In this document: positions 57,141 to 64,000 of the stretch, piece after piece
How the letters are laid out: each line of letters opens with the position of its first letter
Position numbering within the stretch: position 1 is the first letter of the stretch
Origin: Chlorokybus atmophyticus
Lineage: Eukaryota; Plantae; Mesostigma and Chlorokybus algae
Assembly (NCBI GenBank): GCA_009103225.1
Contig: RHPI01003261.1
Coordinates: 186,001 to 250,000, forward strand
Length of the DNA: 64,000 nt
Direction: 5' to 3'
Program-made: the position numbers and the translations under genes
Notes under the pieces: model-generated
Seen by the model: only the letters and a program-made list of their open reading frames with translations
Database searches by the model: none
Told to the model about the DNA's origin: nothing

Positions 57141-60100
57141 CTATGATGTCAACTCCTGTGTTGGTTGACTTGAGCTCGTATCCAGCGTCCTGCGCCACAA
57201 CCACAGTTGACTACAATGTGCCAAGGCAATCTGCAGAGCGGCAGAAACAAACCAGTGGAGCATAGTCACGTATGCATCACCTTTGCAGCTCGTTCTGAGC
57301 GGGCTTCTGTGCCAGATCAACCTTGGCGCTGCTGGTGGCTGTCAAACACAATTGATTAACAAGGATGCAGTACTACTCGCAATGATGGGACTCGAGCATG
57401 TGGTCGCAGTGCATGCTTACCAGCTGCTTCTGACTCTGCAGCAGCCTTTGAAGGCGGAGATGTAATCTTCAGTGTCTTTTTTGGCACCCATTGATTGACA
57501 CCGCGCCCTACTGAGGGTACACCTGGTCTTTGCGTTCGAGCAACCTGGCATGTGTCGATGGTGAGGGTAAGATACTAACGACTGCAAGCCACACACTGCA
57601 TACTGCACTGCAGACTGCTTAGACTCGCTGCAAACTGCACGAAGACGTGCCTGAGTGTAGTCGGTGTACACGGATGCATACACGTACTGCTGATCTGGCA
57701 AGGCGTGCTGTAGTGGAACATAAGGGGGTGCTGCTGGGTTGGGTACGCTGCTGCTAACAGGTGTTGGAACCACCGGCATCCTACACAAACATGCGCATGA
57801 GACACTGAAGTTGTTGCTCAATGCTCGGACATATGCCACGCCTGCATGGGCTTTCGATGACAGCAGTCAATACACAGTGGCACACACACAATCATATCGT
57901 ATGTCATGAACACCAGTGCTGCATGCAAGGCATGCGTTGTTGAACAGAGGTCGTACTCACCAGACTTGCTGCGTGCCAGGGTACACATACTGCGGTTGTT
58001 GACTGCTGTAGTGCGTGATGAGCCCTGCGCCAGTCATAGTCACCTGGGGAGCTGCATACTGCAGACCACCTGCCACATACACACCATTAGAGACAAACCC
58101 ACCCACGAGATTGGCGACCAAAGTAAGCACTTGCATGATACCCACCGGAGCTATGCTGAACACCATAAGCTTGAGTTGGCTGATAGTAGCTCTGTGTACC
58201 GGCCCGGCCTTGACCTCGGCCACGGCCTTGTCCCCTCCCTCTGCTGTTATGGCGTTGCTGCTCCGGTCCAGCGGGAGCAGCGGCCTCCGTGTGAGTCTGC
58301 GAGCTGCTCGATCGTCTCGCGACCTGTGCTTGTGACTGTGCCTGTGACTGCGTATGCTTCAGAGGCCTTTCGTACCGCTCGGATGCCGTTTGCGTTGCGG
58401 ACGTTGAAGTGGCTCTGCTGGCTGCTGACTGGGCTCGTTGCTGGGTCGCACGCGGTTGCGGCATGCTTCGCGATGAACTTCGTGCATCACCCGACAACCT
58501 GGAGGCCAAATCACAACATGAGTGGGAAAGCAGGGCAACCAACTCTCTGTGTAAGCCATGTACATAAATGAATGCAAGATATGCACAAACACGTACTCAG
58601 TGGTGTGGAACATGCGAGTTGCGACGCGAGCAGCAGGCTCGTCATCAGTGTGCTCCGCTGGGCCATCACTAGTAGAAGCATCCCTACCCCTTCCCCTGTC
58701 TCGACCCTGCGACCGGGGCACCCCTCTTGAACCCCTGGAGCCTCTGCCCTGCGCATACAGTGACAGTCAGACCCAGCATGATGCATTGTACAGCACACAC
58801 ACACAACATCCACTGCGCTTACCCGCCCTCTCGACCCTCTACCACCAGCACCTGACTCCAGTGTTGCAAACTTGTCGTGGGCCCACTTGTCTTGGTCTGC
58901 AGAGTCCCATAGTCTTCTTCCCCTCGCGGAAGGTCGCCTGCATCGCATGTGAGAAACAGCAAGCCAATGCTGTATATGTGCCGCAAACTTGCGCCTCTTG
59001 CAAGCTTCACCTGGGTTTTCCACCGCTCTCTCCAAACCGATCGTCGTGCATGTAAAATGCGCCGGATGTGGGCACCACAAATGGCTCCTCCTTTGCCTCT
59101 GCTGGTGCAGCCTCTGCAGCTCCTTCTCCACTCTGTTCTTCCTACAAAGACATTACACTCATCCATTGTATGCAAGAGCACTGCATGTTGCGCAACCCGT
59201 ATGTATGCAAAATACCTAGGCAGTGACTGAGCAGCAATGAAGGACCATGCAACTGGTAGGCAAGCTGAGACTGTGCATAGTTGAAACCTGTCCAACAATG
59301 GCATGCAAATGGCAAAGGGTAAGCCAGGCATCGCCATACCTCGGCTTCACCCTCATCGGTGGCATACTCACGGGGAGCTACTTCAGCATCGGGCTCGGCC
59401 TCATCCTCTGAGCCGCTCCCTGCTGCACGGCGCTGGCCAACCTGCATGGTATTGTTGCTTAAGCTGATCACAATGCGTGTGGAAAAATGTGCGGCGCTCA
59501 TGGCAGCATGCAGCATTGCAACGTTCGACTCCGACGCAATTGCCCCATGCATCTTGACTGCGCACTTGAAAGCAAACATTGCATACGCAGAGGCAACACA
59601 CACCCATGCAGTGACATGTGTTCTTATACTACGTAGTAAATAATTTCTATTTTTGAAATCTATCCTCCTCTTACTACTAGATTACAATGTCAACTAATTG
59701 TATATATATATATATATATATAGATATATATATATATATTCTTTTACACCCCTCTGGGTTTCCCCGGTTTTTGATTAAAATTATAAAGAAAGGGTTACCA
59801 CAGAGTGGAGGGAACAGTTTACTACGTGAAGCATGGACTACAACGACTTGCACCTGTCACTGCTGTGGTCGTTATCGTGAGCAAATGCAACCAATGAATT
59901 GCCGTTCAGCTTGCGCGATCACTGCCGTACACTACTCTGTGTTGTGTACAGCAGCTCACAGTGCACCGTCTCATGTTGCACGAAGACGGATGCAGCCGAA
60001 ACTGACTGAGGCACCTACACCACTCCCCACGACCAGCCACAGACAAATGCAGAATGGCAATTGACACATGTAAATTGGACGATGACTAAATGTGCAAGGA

Positions 60101-60314
60101 CAACCAATAACTGCTACGGCGTGCAGCACACCGAGACGCTTAATCACAGTTCTGCTGCTGCTGCTGCTGCTGCTGCTGTGACAACACAAACAAGCTTGTA
60201 GGAGTTTACCTCGGCGCTGCCGTCCGACTCGTACGCCTCCTCTTCAAATTCTCCCTCCTCACCCGACACGTACTGCTCCTCCTTCAACTCCTCCTTCCTG
60301 CCATCGTCCGCCAT
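57141..60314 (-). CDS. CASC3: CASC3/MLN51/Barentsz exon-junction-complex protein, multi-exon
   Basis: Acidic N-terminus MADDGRKEELKEEQYVSGEEGEFEEE; Btz/SELOR motif PFVVPTSGAFYMHDDRF..RRLWDSADQDKWAHDKF; RG-rich then Pro/Gln/Tyr-rich tail. The 3' end (57141) is tentative. Confidence 0.88.
59628..59827. mobile_element. ~200-bp AT-rich insertion with a (TA)n core in CASC3 intron 1
   Basis: Inverted ACGTAGTAAA (59631-59640) / TTTACTACGT (59818-59827); ACTACGT is also directly repeated at both ends; (TA)n at 59701-59739. Confidence 0.4.
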
Positions 60315-60585
60315 GCTTGCCGCCTCGCAGGCGCCAACAAACAGGGCTGGCAAGCAGGGCGGTAAAACCCTAACCAACAACAACGCGTCAAGCGTTGTGG
60401 CAAGCGTTGCAGCCAAGCGTCCGCACAAAACGCTGCTGCAAACCCTACTAGGCAGCCATTTGATGGCGGCGGCGGCGGCGGCGCAAAGGTTGTCGCCGTC
60501 GTCCGCTGCGGCATGCGCATGGCTGCAGCCAGCCGTCCCGGGTGAGGGCCTCGTCGTTGTGCGCGGTTGCGCTGCAGCAGTGCTG

Positions 60586-61836
60586 ATGGGTGGAGGCGTT
60601 GTAACAGCGGGAGAGGAAGAAGATGAGACCGGCGAGGTGATTGTCTACTCGTTGGAGAAGCTCTCTCTCAGCGCTGAGCCGTCCAGCAGCAAGCAGAGTC
60701 GGCCACAACAGCCTGACGGCAGTCCGAGTCCCCCCTCTGGACTGCTGTCGCCGGCAGGCGCCGAGGAGGAGCCGAGCGAAGCTCAGCCTGAAGGTGATGG
60801 TAGCGCAGCTGAGGAAGATGAGTGGGAGACTGCGGCTGAGCAGCTCGTTCCTCCTGTGAGGGTTGAGGAGGAGGAGGAGGAGGAGGAGGAGGAGGACTGG
60901 GAACGTGTTGAAGTGCCTGCCGTGCAGCCAGCTCCAAGCGGCCGCAAGCCAGCTGAGGCGGTCTCCGCAGGCAAGCGCGGACGCGGCGCATTCAGGTACG
61001 GTGGCGAGACAGATAGCTTGCACAGCGACGGCGATAAAGCTGCTGCTTGCGAGCACGCCAACGGCATCAGTGACAATCGCAGCAGAACACAAGGTGACTC
61101 ACGTTAATGTCAACCTGAAGTCACTTGATCTGCATGCGCTTTCACCAGCCATGCAAGTTGCATACCTGGAACTCAGAGCTCGTGTCCGTGTATTGCAGGG
61201 TGCGTTGGTGAGTCCAACGAGCATGTTCTGGAAGTACATGAATTCTCGCCAGCAATCCGGACTTCAGAAGTAGAAAAGCTGTTTGCCGGCTATGACCAAG
61301 ATGGCCTTGCTATCAAGTGGGTGGATGATACCCACGCCCTTGCCATCTTCCGCTCTACAGCTGCTGGTTAGTGTTGTTTCGCATACGCTGATGTGTTCAT
61401 GGAGCTTTGCTGTCCACTGGTAGCCAAACAGAAGCTTCATGCAGCTCAAGCAGCACTGCGAGGCGTTAAGGATGCGCGGTTCCGTATCAGACGCTATGTT
61501 AATGCCTCTCCTGCGGTGCGCATTTATTCCCATGCAGGTAAGCTTGTTGTCATTATGTGAAGGTGTGTGTCTTTCTATACGCACAATCTCGCCCCATGGT
61601 ACGCAATAACTCATGCGTATATGTTTGCAGAGCTGCTACCCGCACCCCCTCGACCGGCCACCACTGCAACCGTTGCACACAGGCTGATCATGGGTACATT
61701 GCGGAAACAGGGAGTATCTCTGCCTCCCAGCCAGTATACCAATCAGTTGCGGGCGGAAGAACGCCAGCTTGCCGGTGAGAGGCTGCGCAGACAAGCCAAC
61801 CGCAACAGTGCAAGAGCGTCTGCTTGGGATGACTGA
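60586..61836 (+). CDS. R3HCC1: R3HCC1/R3HCC1L-like protein (RRM-like domain plus coiled coil), multi-exon
   Basis: Acidic N-terminus; HVLEVHEFSPAIRTSEVEKLF..AIKWVDDTHALAIFRS; RPATTATVAHRLIMGTL; C-terminal ..AWDD*. An in-frame upstream ATG at 60463 is an alternative start. Confidence 0.85.
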
Positions 61837-61977
61837 AACTGTAACCGCAAAGTGGTGAGCCTGTTCATCCTTCAAGAACAGCGCTGCCAGTCAGAAAAAA
61901 ACAGAAGCACAGCGACCACTATTGCACAGGTATGCGCCAATCTATGGTGTTCACATTAGTCACTGCACTGTGAGCTT

Positions 61978-62055
61978 GCCCCTATGATTTTACAACTCAG
62001 TCTTCAACCTGATCTGTATGAAGAAACCTTTAATACTTCCATGACTATGAGGGGC
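61978..62055 (+). ncRNA. Box C/D snoRNA with variant boxes; predicted 25S rRNA guide
   Basis: Terminal stem GCCCC/GGGGC; box C ATGATTT (61984); D' CTGA (62009); C' ATGAAGA (62018); box D ATGA (62047). Guide ACTTCCATGAC (62035-62045) is complementary to plant-type 25S GUCAUGGAAGU (rRNA sequence from memory). Confidence 0.75.
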
Positions 62056-62109
62056 CTGGTCTGCAGGATATTGTTGGTTTTGTGTGCACTGTCGTTGTAG
62101 TAACACCAT

Positions 62110-62188
62110 CCGGGGTGTGATGAGTCTTCAACACATGGGTAATTTGCAACTGACATTCACTGATGTCTTCATAGTGTTCTGACCCCGG
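62110..62188 (+). ncRNA. U16: Box C/D snoRNA, U16/SNORD16/snR87-type guide
   Basis: 6-bp terminal stem CCGGGG/CCCCGG; box C GTGATGA (62117); D' CTGA (62150); C' TGATGT (62161); D CTGA (62179). 12-nt guide TGGGTAATTTGC is complementary to the conserved 18S GCAAAUUACCCA. The D'+5 rule points to the A equivalent to yeast A436 / human A484. Confidence 0.9.
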
Positions 62189-62240
62189 TTTGTTGTTGCG
62201 CATTTCCGCATCTGCTCGATTGTGTGTGAGTGCAATAGCT

Positions 62241-62317
62241 GTTGCAATGAGGACAAATTCGCACCAGAGGGCTCGCCCTTTGACGAATAATACTACCTTC
62301 TACTCATTCTGAGCAAC
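62241..62317 (+). ncRNA. Box C/D snoRNA
   Basis: Terminal stem GTTGC/GCAAC; box C ATGAGGA (62247); possible D' CAGA (62265); C' TGACGA (62281); D CTGA (62309). D guide CCTTCTACTCAT could pair with 25S AUGAGUAGGAGG (one G-U; rRNA from memory). Confidence 0.75.
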
Positions 62318-63308
62318 TAGCTTTGAAAGTCCGTCTTGCTGGTGTGCTCTAAGTTACCATACTGGCATTGGGAACCTTAGTGTGCTGGTGCAATCCGCAG
62401 GTGGTCTGTAGGTTGATGGAGCTTATTGACCTACCTGGAGCAAGATTGAGTGCAACTGAGCGATCCCTTCGTTTTGGATGGCCAGACAAGAGCAAGGTGG
62501 CCAGGTTATGACCTCGGACTACTGCAGGGTCGTTGCTGGTGAGGCTAGCATTGCATTCTGCACTGGCTTGTGCCACAGCGTGGCAGGTGTTATGTTGTTG
62601 CTTGACACTGGCCCTCTGCGTTTCTGTTTTGGCAGACATTAACAAGTTCGTCAGCAGCAGGCTTGCTGAGCTTGCGTCAGGCAGCATGAGTTGTGCTACA
62701 ACTGCTTTACAGTCAACGCTTATTCCATTTTGCCGGGGTAACCAACATGCTGGTTGCATATGATCGACTTACGAAGACTCAGGAAGAACATATTCTTGAG
62801 TTTACCCGACACCATCTGTATGTGTTGTGGGTTGGACCTGGTGCCTCTGCTTGCTCTTCTGACAGTCTGACATTACCCTCGCAAGGGCCTGTAGGTGTCA
62901 GCTGTCCCAATCTGCTTGTCATGGTGATTGTACTGCATTGCATTTGCAACCAGCGTTGTGTAGTAAGCTTGACTTGCCCATATATGTTTATGGGAGGTTC
63001 ACAATTAGCTCAATTTTTCCCAGCGTACATAATATGTTATATTATATTGTTTTGCTCAGATGATACGGTTGTAAGCATCAGCTGTCCGTAACAAGTACAG
63101 CACTTTTCTGGCAATTGACTATCGTTCGCAGTTGCGTCCACCCGAGGCTGAAAGCACGCAATCAGCAGGGGTCGTAATTGGCAAGCCAGCAAAAATACCT
63201 AGAATGGTGGTCAATGCATACAAGTGGGTAACATTGTATGCCGGCTGGCCCTATGAATTGCCAGGATTGCTAACCAGCATTAGCAATGGTTAGAAGTTAC
63301 TTGCGACC

Positions 63309-63750
63309 AGTCATCCTATACTTTTACTGTATCACGTGATCACATAACAAAGTGTTTGTGTTTGGATTTTATGTGGCATTTCGAAAGTAAATAGTAATAG
63401 TAAGTATTCGCAGCAACTTCTGGACGATATTTAATTTGTATTAGAGTAGCAGTCAATACAGACGACATACATGAAGTTGGAGATAATCTAGCTTTGGTTT
63501 ATGATCATCACGTTAGATTTTAGTTACATACGATCAATCATCCTAAATTCTTTATTTATCACGCGTTCACATAACCAAGTGTTTGTGATTGATTTGCATG
63601 TGACATTCCGGAAGAAAATATTTGCAGCGACTGTTGGACTACAATCCTACCTGTAAGCTAATAGCAGCCAACACAGCCGGGGTACAAGCAGCTGGAGATG
63701 ATTTCGCTTGGTTTTTAATCATCACGTTGACCAGAGGTTTTGCAATTGTA
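63309..63750. repeat. Diverged ~228-bp tandem duplication
   Basis: TCATCCTA..TATCACG..TCACATAAC.AAGTGTTTGTG..CGCAGC..TGGAC..TGGAGAT..ATCATCACGTT occurs twice with period ~228. Confidence 0.75.
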
Positions 63751-64000
63751 GAAGAACAGCCTAATAGCTAGCTAAGTACACCTTACAATAAAGGAAGCAT
63801 TGCAAGCTATGATAATGAATGTTGTGAGCATAGCCACACCCTTCCAGAAATCACGTGCGAAAAGTGTCCACCTTACACCTCAGCTGCTTGCATGGTGTTA
63901 TGGAACATACACCATGCCACACAGGCGAATTGACTATGATTGCCGACCACAATAGTAGAATGAATATTGAGGACATTACACATAGCAGCAGTGCCCTAGT

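Noticed and set aside
59510-59540. GTTCGACTCC as a tRNA T-loop
   Set aside because: The flanks do not form a T stem and there is no cloverleaf; no tRNA could be supported in the window.
62320-62430. TGAAAGTCC and TGGAGCTTA as RNase P/MRP RNA conserved regions
   Set aside because: The CR-V ACA element and P4 pairing are not found; likely chance.
62680-62815. H/ACA snoRNA (ATATGA H-box, ACTCAGGAA/TTCTTGAGT hairpin, ACA)
   Set aside because: The first hairpin and pseudouridylation pockets are not convincing by eye; needs snoGPS or snoReport.
62400-63091. Protein-coding gene from ORFs 62533-62763 and 62693-63091
   Set aside because: Exon-like blocks do not join into a consistent frame and have no recognisable domain; better explained as non-coding host or UTR exons.

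Overview
Eukaryotic, intron-rich green-lineage DNA. Chloroplast transit peptides, an ELIP, plant-like orthologues and telo-boxes support this; the species cannot be assigned from sequence alone. Two gene-dense blocks flank a ~16 kb intergenic transposon nest. Left block (1-32 kb): APC7 exon 1, TUL1/FLY-type RING E3, RMND5/GID2, cytosolic MDH, FAM210/DUF1279, ELIP, LETM1, a HAD hydrolase and dihydropyrimidinase. TE nest (32-48 kb): a CA/TG-alternating tract; a full-length but decayed Ty3/gypsy chromovirus with two LTRs, an AACAT target-site duplication (TSD) and an apparent Dam-like methyltransferase remnant between Gag and protease; an 89-bp perfect palindrome; diverged ~400-bp direct repeats; an intron-containing Fot1-like DD35D pogo transposon with intact TIRs; and a (CT)n tract with an assembly gap. 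Right block (48-64 kb): organellar SerRS, a LURP-one/tubby-C-like gene, TMEM230, CASC3/Barentsz and R3HCC1-like, followed by three box C/D snoRNAs invisible to the ORF track. One snoRNA is a U16/snR87-type guide, and another has a compensatory box C/box D change. Gene spans run from first to last codon including introns and were hand-spliced; all family assignments come from motif recognition, not database searches.
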